Shown: one piece after another, positions 50,137-60,771 of the stretch | Numbering within the stretch: position 1 is the stretch's first letter | Layout of the letters: every line of letters begins with the position of its first letter | From: an uncultured Gemmatimonadales bacterium | GTDB lineage: Bacteria; Gemmatimonadota; Gemmatimonadetes; Gemmatimonadales; Gemmatimonadaceae | DNA: 64,000 nt | Assembly (NCBI GenBank): GCA_963850905.1 | Contig: CAWKMU010000004.1 | Location: forward strand, 384,001-448,000 | Direction: 5' to 3' | Program-made: the position numbers and the translations under genes | The notes under the pieces: generated by a model | Told to the model about the DNA's origin: nothing | Database searches by the model: none | The model's input: only the letters and a program-made list of their open reading frames with translations

Positions 50137-51414
50137 CTACGGGTGGCCCGTGATTGCCGGCAGCGTCAAGCCCACTGTGGCGCCACGATCGGCATTGTTC
50201 CGACAGAACATCGTGCCGCCGTGGCCTTCGATGATTGACCGGCAGATGGGCAGCCCCATGCCGAGCCCCCCAACCTTCGTCGTGAAGAACGCGTCGAACA
50301 GGTGCGGCATCACATCCGCCGGAATGCCCGGCCCGCCATCCCGGACCGCGATCTCGACGTGCCTCACGTCCGGGTGCGCCGCAGTGATGAGAATGCTCTC
50401 CCGAGGCTCCGGCTGGCCGCCGACGGCATCGAATGCGTTCAACAGCAGATTGAGCAGCACTTGCTGCAGTTGAATGGGATCCCCTCGGACCGGCAAGATG
50501 CCGGGCATGACGTCGACACGGAGCGGGACACGTCGCGTCACAGCCTCATGCTCCACGAGGCGCAGCGTATCGGTGATCAGATCCCCCACACTGAGGGCGA
50601 CGCTCTCGACCGGCGATCGCCGCAACAGGGCACGCATGCGCGTGATGATCTGATACGCGCGCGTGTCCTCCGCGGCGATGCGGCGCACGATGTCCCGCAC
50701 GCGCATCACATCCGGCGGCTCTGCATCGAGAAACAGCGAGCCGGCCTCGGCGCTGGCCATGATGGCACCCAGGGGTTGGTTGAGCTCGTGCGCCAGCGAC
50801 GCCGCAAATTCTCCCAGCGTCGCGACACGCGCCACGTGGACCAACTCGGCTTCGTGAAACTTGGCGGCGTGCTCAGCCCGCAGACGCCCGAGTGCATTGC
50901 CAACCAGGTCCGCCACCGCCTGGGCCGCCGCCGCCGGGATGGCGCGTCGCGGCCAGCGTGCCGCACCGCTACCCACCGCAAGCAGAGTCGGGTTGGGTCG
51001 AGTGGCGAGGCCCATGATCAGCGCGGAGGGCATCTGCCACCGTGTAAGCGTATCACGATCGCTCACTGCATCGGGAGGCAGTCCGCTCAGATGGTGAATA
51101 CTGATGAGCCCTTCCGGCAACACGTGCTGCGCGACGTACGTTAGTTGCGCATCGCCCGTCGCTTCATGTGGGCGATCGTTCTCGGGCCATCGGTTGAGCG
51201 ACACCACCGTTGCACCTGCGGGTGCATACGTCACCAACGCGGCGGACTGCGCGCCGAATGATGCGGTGACGTGTTCGAGCAGTGCAGAGATCGCGGCCTC
51301 GGGACTTTCAGTCACGGCGCGCACTTGAACGCTCGAGAGCGCTTGCCCGAGTGAGTGGACCACCGACCACCACGTCGATAGACTGCTCTCGGTGTCTACC
51401 TTACGTGAGATCAT
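50137..51414 (-). CDS. FixL/NtrB-type histidine kinase with GAF-like N-terminus (start uncertain)
   Basis: AHELNQP, QVLLNLLLNA, DGGPG, GLGMGL. Confidence 0.9.
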   Translation of the reverse strand: MISRKVDTESSLSTWWSVVHSLGQALSSVQVRAVTESPEAAISALLEHVTASFGAQSAALVTYAPAGATVVSLNRWPENDRPHEATGDAQLTYVAQHVLPEGLISIHHLSGLPPDAVSDRDTLTRWQMPSALIMGLATRPNPTLLAVGSGAARWPRRAIPAAAAQAVADLVGNALGRLRAEHAAKFHEAELVHVARVATLGEFAASLAHELNQPLGAIMASAEAGSLFLDAEPPDVMRVRDIVRRIAAEDTRAYQIITRMRALLRRSPVESVALSVGDLITDTLRLVEHEAVTRRVPLRVDVMPGILPVRGDPIQLQQVLLNLLLNAFDAVGGQPEPRESILITAAHPDVRHVEIAVRDGGPGIPADVMPHLFDAFFTTKVGGLGMGLPICRSIIEGHGGTMFCRNNADRGATVGLTLPAITGHP

Positions 51415-51526
51415 GCCGCAGTGCGCCGGTTCGTGTCGCGTACAAGGGTACAGGACACTGATGAGACCTCGCATTAGACCTTAGGCTAACGGCGCACTAT
51501 TTTTCGGCGAGTTACCCTATCGCCCA

Positions 51527-52199
51527 ATGATGTCAGCGACCGTTTTGTTGGTCGACGACGATCGCGCGGTGCGCGAGTCAGTTGCCGACGTTCTGATTGG
51601 TGGCGGCTACCAAGTCGCGATGTTTGAGTCTGCGGAAGACTTCCTCGCCCGCGCAGACCTGCCGCTTGGTCAGGAGTGCACGCCGACGTGCCTCGTACTC
51701 GAATGTGTGCCTCCCCGCGGAAAGCGGCGTCGATCTGCAACAGCGCCTCGCGCTGCGCGGCATTCGCGTGCCGACGGTATTCATGACGGCGTACGGCGAC
51801 GTCCCGACCACGGTCGCCGCGATGAAGGGTGGCGCCATCGACTTCTTGCTCAAGCCGGTGACCGCCGCCGCCCTGCTGAGGGCGGTGCAGATCGCGCTGA
51901 AAGCCAGCGAGCAGACCGTAGCCGAAACGCGAAGCGTCTCCAATGTTGCAGGCCGCATCAGCCGGCTCACAAGGCGTGAGCGCGAAGTGTTCGAGCTCAT
52001 CGCGTGCGGCCTCCTCAACAAGCAGATCGCCGCGCGACTCCGCATCTCGCTCGGAACGGTCAAGGCACACCGCGGACGACTCGTTCGCAAGCTTGCGGTA
52101 ACCACCGTCGCCGAACTCGTTCGGCTCGCGGATCGCGTTGGCAGCCCATCGCTCCACGGCGACTTAGGTCGAATGGCTCCTGCCGGGTGGCGCGGTTAG
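51527..52199 (+). pseudogene. FixJ-family response regulator, frameshifted at the phospho-acceptor Asp codon (51701-51704)
   Basis: VDDD...CLVL, then GAAT in place of GAT; the other frame has GAIDFLLKP and a LuxR HTH (LTRRERE..NKQIA..TVKAHR). Confidence 0.85.
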
Positions 52200-52253
52200 C
52201 CTGCATTTCGCGCGGCGCAATGGCGCGCCGTGCCATTGCGGTGCGTTGGGCCG

Positions 52254-52637
52254 ATGGTGAGAGCGCAGGTCCGTGGGCTGATAGGAATCGTGGAAGATGA
52301 CAGTGGGATGCGCCAAGGACTCTCGTGGCTGCTTGCCGCGGCGCGGTTCAATGTCGTCGTATTTGCCTCAGCTGAAGAGTTTCTGCAGCACACACGCGAA
52401 GCGGACTTCGACTGTCTCATCCTGGACGTCCGGTTGCCGGGCATGGATGGCCTCGCGCTCCGAGACATGCTGCGCCAACGCGGACGCCGGATGCCCATTC
52501 TGCTCATGAGCGGCCACGACGACGCGACGACCCGCGAGCAATTCCGGCGCGCGGGCGTCGCGCAATGGCTGCGCAAACCGTTCGACGGTCAGGCCCTGCT
52601 CGATGCCGTGCACGCCGCCGTCAGGAGTGACCAGTGA
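52254..52637 (+). CDS. Single-domain response regulator
   Basis: VEDD, CLILDVRLPGMDG, KPF. Confidence 0.9.
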   Translation: MVRAQVRGLIGIVEDDSGMRQGLSWLLAAARFNVVVFASAEEFLQHTREADFDCLILDVRLPGMDGLALRDMLRQRGRRMPILLMSGHDDATTREQFRRAGVAQWLRKPFDGQALLDAVHAAVRSDQ

Positions 52638-53215
52638 CCCAGCGACGCGCACGACCCCGTGCCGCCAGCGCCGCCCTCGTAGCGCTCGCGCTCCTCGCGA
52701 CCACCCACGCGGCCCGTGCGCAATACTACGCAGACCTGAACAGCGGCACGCACACGGCGCTTCTGTTCGGGCTCGGCGTGTCGTTCCCGGCTGGCGGGAT
52801 TGCGGGCCGCGTCGACCCGACCGGGAACTTCATGCTGGGCTTCCAGGCCCGGCAAGGCAATTCGCCGGTGGCGTTCCGTATGGACCTGACATACCAAGAG
52901 TTCAGCGGCCCGGACGGATGGGCAGACATCAACGCATTGACCTTCGATGCCGTTGCCATCCCCGAGCACAACGGCACGACGCAGTGGCACGCCATTTTCG
53001 GCCTGGGGCCCTACTATACCACGGGGTCCGCCTTCTCCGGCGTCTATAGCGGGTACCGCAGCGCGACGGAATTTGGGATCAACGGCGGGGGCGGGGTCTC
53101 GCACGGAAAGAAGGTCGCCGTGTTCGCCGAGGTCCGGTATCACCTGATCTTCCAGGGCGGCCGTGTCCTGCAGATGATCCCGCTCACCTTCGGGATCGCG
53201 CTCCGCACGAGCTGA
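52634..53215 (+). CDS. Outer-membrane beta-barrel protein
   Basis: Signal peptide; FGINGGGG, FAEVRYH, IPLTFG. Confidence 0.75.
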   Translation: MTQRRARPRAASAALVALALLATTHAARAQYYADLNSGTHTALLFGLGVSFPAGGIAGRVDPTGNFMLGFQARQGNSPVAFRMDLTYQEFSGPDGWADINALTFDAVAIPEHNGTTQWHAIFGLGPYYTTGSAFSGVYSGYRSATEFGINGGGGVSHGKKVAVFAEVRYHLIFQGGRVLQMIPLTFGIALRTS

Positions 53216-53273
53216 CCGGACGACCCGGCAGGTCCCCGCCCTTACAGCCCACCGGGACGCAGGCTCCGGCCCC

Positions 53274-56200
53274 TTAGTCGGCGCGCACCGACCGGCTGGA
53301 TATCATGAGGCCCGCACCCTGCGGCAGGCGCGCACCCGGCTCGATCGCCACGTCGCCAAAGGGGACCGCGAACTGGTCTGCGACCTCGGACGTCTCGAGC
53401 CCGAACTCGACCCACAGCGTGGCCCCGCGATCCGGATTGTTCGTCGCCCACAGCCGGCCGCCCTGTGTCCGCATGATCGAGCGGCAGATCGCCAACCCGA
53501 GCCCCATGCCGTGCTCCTTGGACGTGAAGAACGGCTCGAAGATGCGATCCATGATTGCCTCAGGAATGCCCACACCTTGATCGACGACCGATAGCAACAC
53601 GCCGCTGTCACCGGGCGCCGTGATGATGGTCAGTTGGCGGTCGCGCGGTGGGTTCTCACTCATCGCATCACACGCGTTCAGCAGCAGGTTCAACAGCACC
53701 TGCTGCCCCTGGACGCGGTCGCCGAGCACGAGCGGGAGTCCGGGGGCGAGCTTGGTCTCGACCGAGACTCTTCGCTCGACGAGGTCGCTGCGCACGAGCA
53801 CCAGCACGTCCGCCACGATCTCATTAAGGTCGAGTCGCTGCAGACGCCGCTCACCCTTTTTCAGCAGCGAGCGCAGGCGCGCGATGACGGCGCCGGCGCG
53901 ATTGTCATCATGCACGATGTCCGCGAGCACCTCCCGCACCTCGGACAGGTTCGGCGGGACCTGCGCGAGAAACCGCTGGCCCGCAGCAGCGTTCGCCAGG
54001 ATCGCACTCAGCGGCTGGTTCAGCTCGTGCGCCAGCGCCCCCGACAGCTCCCCCAGCATCGCCGCTCGCGCGAGATGTGCCAGCTGCCGATGCTGCTCCT
54101 CGACCTCGGCCCGGACCCGCCGGCGCTCGGTGTTGTCGGCTTGGGTACCAATGACGCGCGTCGCCCGTCGCTCCACGTCCCGAATCACGATGCCGCGGGC
54201 AATGAACCACCGCACACTGCCGTCTTTGTGGATCATGCGGTGCTCGATCTCGTAATGCGACTGGCCGTCGGACAGACGTGCATGCGCAAGCGTCAACACC
54301 CGACCCACATCGTCCGGATGCACGTGCGGGATCCACGCGTCGAGATGATCTCCGATCTCGTGATCCTCGTAGCCGAGCATCGTCTTGATGTGCGGATCGA
54401 CGTAGAGATGGTTGGTTTTGAGGTCCCAATCCCAGACGCCGACATTGCCGCTCGCCGTGGCAAGTCGATAACGCTGTTGACTGAGCTGCAAGGCTTCGTC
54501 CGCGCGCGACCGCTCGATCGCCACACTGGCGATCGCCGTGACCGTTTCGATCAGTCGCTTCTCGCTCTGACCGGGAGTCCGCGATTCACCACTATAGATG
54601 GCGACGAAGCCGAGCACGGCGCCCTGGCGCGACAGAACCGGCGCCGCCCAACAGGAACGCAGGCCATCCGCAACGGCGACATCGCGAAAACTCGCCCACA
54701 GTGGGTCCTCGTCAATGTCCCGGGTGATCACCGGCTTGCGCGAGTCCAGCGCAGCCCCCCACGAAGCCGAGTGCGGCCCGATCGCTGATCCATCGAGGGC
54801 ACGGACGTACGACGGCGGCAGACTGCCCGTCGCCGCATGGCGGATATGCGACCGATCCGTCTCGAGGAGGAGGACCGAGCAGAGCAAGCCGTCGACTTGG
54901 GATTCGACGAGGGCAGTGAGCGCATCGAGCACCCGAGTCAACGGCGCGCCGAGCGCCACCATCTCCAGCAGGTTGTTCTGGCCAATGCGGAGAGCGTCCG
55001 CTCGTTTGCGCTCCGTCACATCCTCACTGAGACCGAGCATGCGCACGGCATCGCCCGGCGCATCACCGACAACCCGTCCCTTGGTGAGCATCCAGCGGAC
55101 CGTGCCGTCCCCGAGCACGACCCGAAACTCGATGTCGATCGCTGCCCGCGCGACGACCGCACGGCTCAGCGCCTCTCGCACACGACGGCGGTCGTCGCGG
55201 TGCACCAGGCCATAGAACTCATCGACGGTGAGCGTCCGATCCTGCGTGGAGACCCCCAGCGCCCGCCTGGCTTCGGCTGACACCAGGACCGTCGCGTCCT
55301 TGATGCGCCACTCCCAACTCCCCATGACCGCGGCGTTCAACGCCAGCTCGAGCTGGTCCTTGTTCTGCCGCGCGGATTCTTGCGCCTGCTCGCGCTCTCG
55401 AAGCACCGCGGAAAGCGACAGGAGCGCTATCGACATCATGATGAAGAGCAGCTGGATGGAGAGCGCATTCTCCTGCGGCGAGGTGCCCACGAAGGGACCC
55501 CGGCCGTGAACGGCTCCCCAAATCGAAAACACGACGACGGCCAGCAGTGACGCACTGACACCGCCCGGACCGAAGCGCACGGCCGCCCAGAGAAGAAACG
55601 GCACGGGCGCATACAGCAACGCCGAGTCGGTGCCCGGGCCCGCGGTCTGCCACACGAACGCCACAACGCTCACGACCAGGAGCGCAACGGAAAAGATGCC
55701 GACCTCGGTCGCCCACCGTCCGGTGACCCGCCGCGGACGCAGCCATTCTCCACTGCCAAGCGCAACGATCGGCGGTACGATCGTGAGTAGGGAAAGCGTG
55801 TTCGCCCAGAACCGCCGCCCGAATACTGCCCAGTACTCCGGCGCCGCCGCGTGCGGATGCATGACGAAGGCACCGAGCAACGACGTGACACAGGCCGCGG
55901 TGCATGCGGTGGCGACGAAGATCCCAATGCGGCGAAAGCTGCTGAACCAGGGAGGGCCGGCGGCGAAGCGACGCAGGGCGGCGGCGCCGACCACGGGCCC
56001 GCTACAGTTCGCGAGATACCATACCGGAATCACCAGTGGCGGCAGGTGCGATTGCAGTTCCCCCGCCAGGTGCGCCGGCAGTCCGGCCAGGAGCACGACC
56101 CACCACCACCGGGTCGGGACGAGTATGAAGCTCGCAAACAGAACCGCATTCGGCGGCCAGAGTGTCGCGGGGCCGCCGTGTTCGAACATCAGCGCGAACC

Positions 56201-56408
56201 CGATCCGGACACCCAGGTAATAACAGAGGAATACCAGGACGCCGACCCACAACAGCGAGCTGGCCGTGGCCGCCGTGGGCGCGCCCCGGCGTTGCCGGTC
56301 GGCGTCTCGCCTCATCTGCCGCGGTGTCGTGCGGTGCCCTCCCGTGTCCCGCTGCGGACCGACAGGAGCGTCATCGGCGAAGCGGCTAAGACCGGTCGTA
56401 CTCGCCAA
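53274..56408 (-). CDS. MASE1-PAS-GAF-PAS sensor histidine kinase (FixL-type transmitter)
   Basis: LWPPNA (MASE1), GSWEW/GVWDWD PAS domains, GAF, AHELNQP, GMGLGL. Confidence 0.93.
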   Translation of the reverse strand: MASTTGLSRFADDAPVGPQRDTGGHRTTPRQMRRDADRQRRGAPTAATASSLLWVGVLVFLCYYLGVRIGFALMFEHGGPATLWPPNAVLFASFILVPTRWWWVVLLAGLPAHLAGELQSHLPPLVIPVWYLANCSGPVVGAAALRRFAAGPPWFSSFRRIGIFVATACTAACVTSLLGAFVMHPHAAAPEYWAVFGRRFWANTLSLLTIVPPIVALGSGEWLRPRRVTGRWATEVGIFSVALLVVSVVAFVWQTAGPGTDSALLYAPVPFLLWAAVRFGPGGVSASLLAVVVFSIWGAVHGRGPFVGTSPQENALSIQLLFIMMSIALLSLSAVLREREQAQESARQNKDQLELALNAAVMGSWEWRIKDATVLVSAEARRALGVSTQDRTLTVDEFYGLVHRDDRRRVREALSRAVVARAAIDIEFRVVLGDGTVRWMLTKGRVVGDAPGDAVRMLGLSEDVTERKRADALRIGQNNLLEMVALGAPLTRVLDALTALVESQVDGLLCSVLLLETDRSHIRHAATGSLPPSYVRALDGSAIGPHSASWGAALDSRKPVITRDIDEDPLWASFRDVAVADGLRSCWAAPVLSRQGAVLGFVAIYSGESRTPGQSEKRLIETVTAIASVAIERSRADEALQLSQQRYRLATASGNVGVWDWDLKTNHLYVDPHIKTMLGYEDHEIGDHLDAWIPHVHPDDVGRVLTLAHARLSDGQSHYEIEHRMIHKDGSVRWFIARGIVIRDVERRATRVIGTQADNTERRRVRAEVEEQHRQLAHLARAAMLGELSGALAHELNQPLSAILANAAAGQRFLAQVPPNLSEVREVLADIVHDDNRAGAVIARLRSLLKKGERRLQRLDLNEIVADVLVLVRSDLVERRVSVETKLAPGLPLVLGDRVQGQQVLLNLLLNACDAMSENPPRDRQLTIITAPGDSGVLLSVVDQGVGIPEAIMDRIFEPFFTSKEHGMGLGLAICRSIMRTQGGRLWATNNPDRGATLWVEFGLETSEVADQFAVPFGDVAIEPGARLPQGAGLMISSRSVRAD

Positions 56409-56429
56409 CCGCGGCGCCTCCTTGTGTGC

Positions 56430-56867
56430 TCACCAACATTCACAGGCCGATCGCTCGAGGGCCGAGCGCACCAGTTGCACAAGCGCGTCTCCGGCGAACG
56501 GCTTCCGCAAGTAGCCGTACGGTCCACCGCGGCGACTGAGCTCGCTCGTCGGCACCTCGTCGTGCGCCGTCATGAGAATCACCGGCATGGCCGAGTGGAG
56601 CGCAATCAGTCGGTCGTAGAGCTCGAACCCGCTCACGGACCCGAGATGGATGTCGAGCACTAGACAGCGCGCGCCACGGGTGGGCTGGCCTGTACTCCCG
56701 ATGCACGCATCGAGGAATTCGAGCGCGGACCCGAATGTTTCGACGCAAATGCTCTCGGTTCGGAGGAGCCGCGCTAGCGCGATCCGAACGGATGGATCAT
56801 CTTCCACGATCGCTACCCACGGCTCTGACGTTTCCGCCCGTAGTTTCATCACGGTCTCCTGCGTCAT
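56430..56867 (-). CDS. Single-domain response regulator
   Basis: VEDD, CLVLDIHL, KPF. Confidence 0.88.
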   Translation of the reverse strand: MTQETVMKLRAETSEPWVAIVEDDPSVRIALARLLRTESICVETFGSALEFLDACIGSTGQPTRGARCLVLDIHLGSVSGFELYDRLIALHSAMPVILMTAHDEVPTSELSRRGGPYGYLRKPFAGDALVQLVRSALERSACECW

Positions 56868-57114
56868 CGGTTCGAGTGGTAGCGAATTCGAGGTCTGGAA
56901 CACACGGTCACAATCGGCCATGATCTGAGCCGGAACGAATACTCGGCGGTTGGCTCGCTCGGACTGCGAACGAGTACGGTCGCTACCTCGACTCTAGCTC
57001 AGCCCGTGGTGAATTGCGAGCCCGTGGTTGAAGGAACAACCGTTGTCCCACCGCAACCCAATCGGTCGCGACAGGCGTCACCAAGTTTTGGGTCAAGCGG
57101 CCCGATGTTATGTA

Positions 57115-57126
57115 GGACCAAGGTCC
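57115..57126. promoter_or_regulatory. Best copy of the palindromic box GGAC-CAAG-GTCC
   Basis: In the divergent region between response regulator genes; about 14 related copies, almost all intergenic. Confidence 0.65.
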
Positions 57127-57537
57127 AACAGCGCTGACTGGGGAGGAGGCTTATGATTGCGGCCCGCGTCCCTTGGGGTTGACAGTGGACGCCAATGCTG
57201 GATTATAAGTCGAGGTAGGGCTGGTTCGAAGGGTTCTGAACTCGGCTCATTCGTGAGTCCGAGCATTTGTTGTCCGAATCGCTGTTGTGGTCCCGCGTAG
57301 TCGTCGTGGATGTCGTGTGGCCGGTCCCGCGGTCCTGTACCGGCAGTCGGCTTCATGGCACCTGAGCTCAATCGATGAGCGCACATCACGCGCAACCTGA
57401 GGGTCGGCCCGATGCTGTTGACCTCCGATGTCGATCGGCCCACCTCCATGACGGTCGTTCTCCCGAGCGAGCGGGCGAAGCGCACCCATCTGTACATCAC
57501 GGAACGCCCTGGCGTGACACAAGATAAGGAAGAGGAT

Positions 57538-58188
57538 TTGATCCAAGTTGCGCAGACGATCCAGGACGCAACCGTGATCGTCGTCGATGATGACGAGTCG
57601 GTGTGTAAGGCCTTGCGGCGATTGCTCGAAGCCGCCGGCAAGCGCGTCGCGACCTTCAATTCTCCGACGGAGCTGCTCGAGACCCAACGCCCAGACCCGC
57701 CGGGGTGCTTCATTATCGACGTCAGCCTGCCGCAAATGAACGGCCTGGAGCTGGGGAACTCGCTCAGGGCCGCCGGCTATTGGACGCCCATCATTTTCAT
57801 CACCGGGCTCGGCGATGTGCCGACGAGCGTCCGCGCCATGAAGTCCGGAGCCGTCGACTTCCTCACCAAGCCGGTCGCCGAGTCGGAACTCCTCGGCGCC
57901 GTCGACCGCGCGCTCGCACACGACGCGGACACCCGGCAGGCATCGGCCGAGCTGCAGGAGCTCGAGCGGCGCTTGGCTGGTCTCACACAGCGGGAGCGCG
58001 AGGTCTTTTCCCTCGTCGTCACTGGTCTGCTGAACAAGCAGATTGCCGCACGCCTGGGGCCCAGCGTCAAGACCGTCAAGGTCCATCGCAGCCGCGTCAT
58101 GGAGAAGATGCAAGCCCGCTCCTTGGCGCAACTCGTGGTCATGGGCCAGCGACTCGGCGTCGCCGCGGCGCCCGATCACGCCAGGTGA
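57538..58188 (+). CDS. FixJ-family response regulator (intact)
   Basis: VDDD, IIDVSLP, GAVDFLTKP, LTQRERE..NKQIA..TVKVHRSRVMEKM; start placed at a TTG after AAGGA. Confidence 0.93.
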   Translation: MIQVAQTIQDATVIVVDDDESVCKALRRLLEAAGKRVATFNSPTELLETQRPDPPGCFIIDVSLPQMNGLELGNSLRAAGYWTPIIFITGLGDVPTSVRAMKSGAVDFLTKPVAESELLGAVDRALAHDADTRQASAELQELERRLAGLTQREREVFSLVVTGLLNKQIAARLGPSVKTVKVHRSRVMEKMQARSLAQLVVMGQRLGVAAAPDHAR

Positions 58189-58659
58189 CATCTGTGCACG
58201 CAGCGTAACCGCTGCGTCACACGCCGTCACAATTCGCCTGACAACTCGCACGATCTGATGACCTGAGCGCGCGTCGGCGCGCTCGGACAGGACGTGGGCC
58301 ACGTCGACTGCGGACGTGAGGTCGTTGACCGCGTCCCGCCAACCGCCTGCACCCCACCGCGGTCACGCAACATCCGATTCCGTCGGCCGGCCGAAGCGAC
58401 GCCTTAGTCCAAGGTCTAATGGCTGGCCTACCCCGTCCATCAGTACGCTGTTGGGCCGTCGGGCGCGATCCACCTCGTGGAGGATGGCCGTGACCTCTGT
58501 GCTCCATCGCATCACGCTGATCCCGTGCTGCCCATCGCAGTGTCGCGAAGTGCTTTGCCACGCTCGTGTCCGTTCGCAGTCGATTCTGATGTGTCTTCAC
58601 ACGGCCGCCGTCGCCGCGTCCCGGATGTCCCACGCGTCTCCCATCTACCGGAGCGAACA

Positions 58660-59130
58660 ATGCTCGAAATAGACTGGCATGTTCTCGACAACCCGTCAGC
58701 CCCCCGGGCGAACGGTAGCCTGCCACCCGTCAATGCGGCGCGCATCGCACGTCACGAACTGCTCGTGCGACTTGCCAGCTCGTTCGCCTATGCCCGCGTG
58801 CTGCGCATCCTCGCGGACGTCGAGCCGACGCTGACGAAGGAGATGGCGGACTCGAGCTTGGCTCCGCGACTGTATGCACGCGAACTGCGAGCGCGCGTTG
58901 CGCTGACCGGTAGACGGATGGACGAGAACCGGCTGCGCAGCGAGCTCCGGAGTGCGGTCGTCGCATACGCGCGTGCCCTGCACGAGCGTGATGTCCCGCC
59001 GCAGAAGATGCTCGTGATGGTCAAGGATGCCGCGCAGGTGCCGACTCCGGTCACCCTCGCGACCAGCGACGCAAAAGACATCGTTGCGGATATCGTGGAA
59101 TGGGCGATCGGCGGCTACTACACGACTTAG
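58660..59130 (+). CDS. Hypothetical helical protein (C-terminal W-x-I-x-G-Y-Y motif)
   Basis: GGAG RBS; AVVAYARALHERDVPPQKML...EWAIGGYY. Confidence 0.65.
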   Translation: MLEIDWHVLDNPSAPRANGSLPPVNAARIARHELLVRLASSFAYARVLRILADVEPTLTKEMADSSLAPRLYARELRARVALTGRRMDENRLRSELRSAVVAYARALHERDVPPQKMLVMVKDAAQVPTPVTLATSDAKDIVADIVEWAIGGYYTT

Positions 59131-59249
59131 CCGACGCCGATGATACGGACTGGTCTACGATCGCAATCGCAGACGCATGGTACCCGAAGGTTGATCAGCA
59201 ACAGTACCGCAGGCCGAATCCTGACACGCCTCACCCCCCCCATGTGACA

Positions 59250-60716
59250 ATGGCGGGCGCCGCGGTGTGCGCGGCCATCGCCTGGTCCGCGGCATCAATG
59301 CTCGCTCAACAACCGGGGCCCGCCTCCCTGACCGCGACTTCGTCAACGTCGCTCGTCGGAGTCGTAGGAGACAGCCTGCACGGTGGCCCGCTCGTCGGTG
59401 CGGTCGTGATGATCGAAGCGAACTCGCGGACGGCGGTCACCGACTCCATTGGCAGATTCCGCATCGATAGCATCCCACCAGGTCGCTACCGCGTGGCGAT
59501 CTACCACGCAGTCGTGGATTCGCTCGGCATCTCGCTCGTGACGCCGCCGGTGGAGTTCGACGCCGGAAAGCCCCTCCTCGTATCCCTGGCGATCCCATCT
59601 GGCGGGACCATCCGGCAGACTCTCTGCTCGGAACCTGGCGGCGGGTCCCCGGATGCCCATCTGGACAGCGGACCGGCACTGCTCGTGGGGCGCGTGCTCG
59701 ACCCCGAGACCGACACGCCCATCCCCAATGTCGCGGTCACGTTGGAATGGACCCCCATGTTGGTGGGCCTCCCTTCCGGGCAGGCACCAGCCCAACACCG
59801 AGCAGCCATGACGGGCGATGATGGCCGATTCTGCTTGTGTGGACTCCCGGCCCAGCTGACTGGCACCTTACGGGCCGCCTTTGAGTCCGCGCCGGAGCTG
59901 GCTGTCGAACGGACACTGACGCTCGATAATCGCATCGTCACAATGGCCGCGCTCCACTTGCCGCGGACCAGCCCCGGGCTGGCGGCTGCGCAGCGAGATC
60001 GGGCGGAGCTGGCCGGCATCGTCCAACGCCCCAATGGCAGTCCGCTGCCTCACGCCACGGTCACTCTCGCGGGCACGGCGCACTCCGCGACGACGGGACG
60101 CGACGGGACCTTTGCGTTGCGCGGGCTTCCCGCAGGCACGCAGACGATCCAGGTGCGATCAGTCGGGTTCGAGGAAGCCGAACAGGTGGTCGAGCTTGCC
60201 TTTCATTCGGCCGAGCACGTCACAGTCACGCTCCCCGCGGTCGCGCGCGCGCTGAGCCCAGTGATCGTCTCGACACAGCGCTTGCAGGCCGGCTATGCGC
60301 GCGTGGGATTCGACCGGCGACGCCATGCGGGCCAGGGCGAGTTCCTCACTGCCGACGACATCGCCCAGCGGCACGCGGTCCACTTCTCGGAGCTGTTGAA
60401 CGGGAGCCCAGCGATCCAGAGCGAGCGCGGGCTAGGTAGTGACAACCCGGAGCGGGATCGCGCCGGGGATCCGTGCCTCACGTACGTGGTCGACGGTCAT
60501 CCCCTCGCCCGGCTCGGCGAATCCGACGTCGATGCGTTGTACCGTGGGGGCCAGGTCGTTGGAGTCGAGATCTATTCTGAGCGGGACACCCCCGCGGAGT
60601 TCCGCGTGCCCGGCCTGACGAATGAGCAACTCCAGGGCCGCGAGGTGCGCGGCGCCGAATGCGCGACGGTGGTGCTCTGGACCAAAACCCACCTGCTCAC
60701 TGATCAGGGTCAGTAG
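59250..60716 (+). CDS. Secreted protein with three carboxypeptidase-regulatory-like domains and a C-terminal plug-like domain
   Basis: TDSIGRFRI, GDDGRFCLC, GRDGTFAL repeats; FLTADDI...VGVEIY...VVLWTK. Confidence 0.75.
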   Translation: MAGAAVCAAIAWSAASMLAQQPGPASLTATSSTSLVGVVGDSLHGGPLVGAVVMIEANSRTAVTDSIGRFRIDSIPPGRYRVAIYHAVVDSLGISLVTPPVEFDAGKPLLVSLAIPSGGTIRQTLCSEPGGGSPDAHLDSGPALLVGRVLDPETDTPIPNVAVTLEWTPMLVGLPSGQAPAQHRAAMTGDDGRFCLCGLPAQLTGTLRAAFESAPELAVERTLTLDNRIVTMAALHLPRTSPGLAAAQRDRAELAGIVQRPNGSPLPHATVTLAGTAHSATTGRDGTFALRGLPAGTQTIQVRSVGFEEAEQVVELAFHSAEHVTVTLPAVARALSPVIVSTQRLQAGYARVGFDRRRHAGQGEFLTADDIAQRHAVHFSELLNGSPAIQSERGLGSDNPERDRAGDPCLTYVVDGHPLARLGESDVDALYRGGQVVGVEIYSERDTPAEFRVPGLTNEQLQGREVRGAECATVVLWTKTHLLTDQGQ

Positions 60717-60748
60717 GGCGCACGGGACACTCGCCGTCCATTCGACAT

Positions 60749-60771
60749 GTAGCAGCGGCCTTCAGGCCGCC
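60749..60771 (+). repeat. Second-type GTAG hairpin
   Basis: GTAGCAGCGGCCTTCAGGCCGC. Confidence 0.5.

Noticed and set aside
57153..57182. 9-codon ORF (MIAARVPWG) behind a GGAGGAGG RBS-like sequence
   Set aside because: Too short to support without conservation or ribosome profiling data
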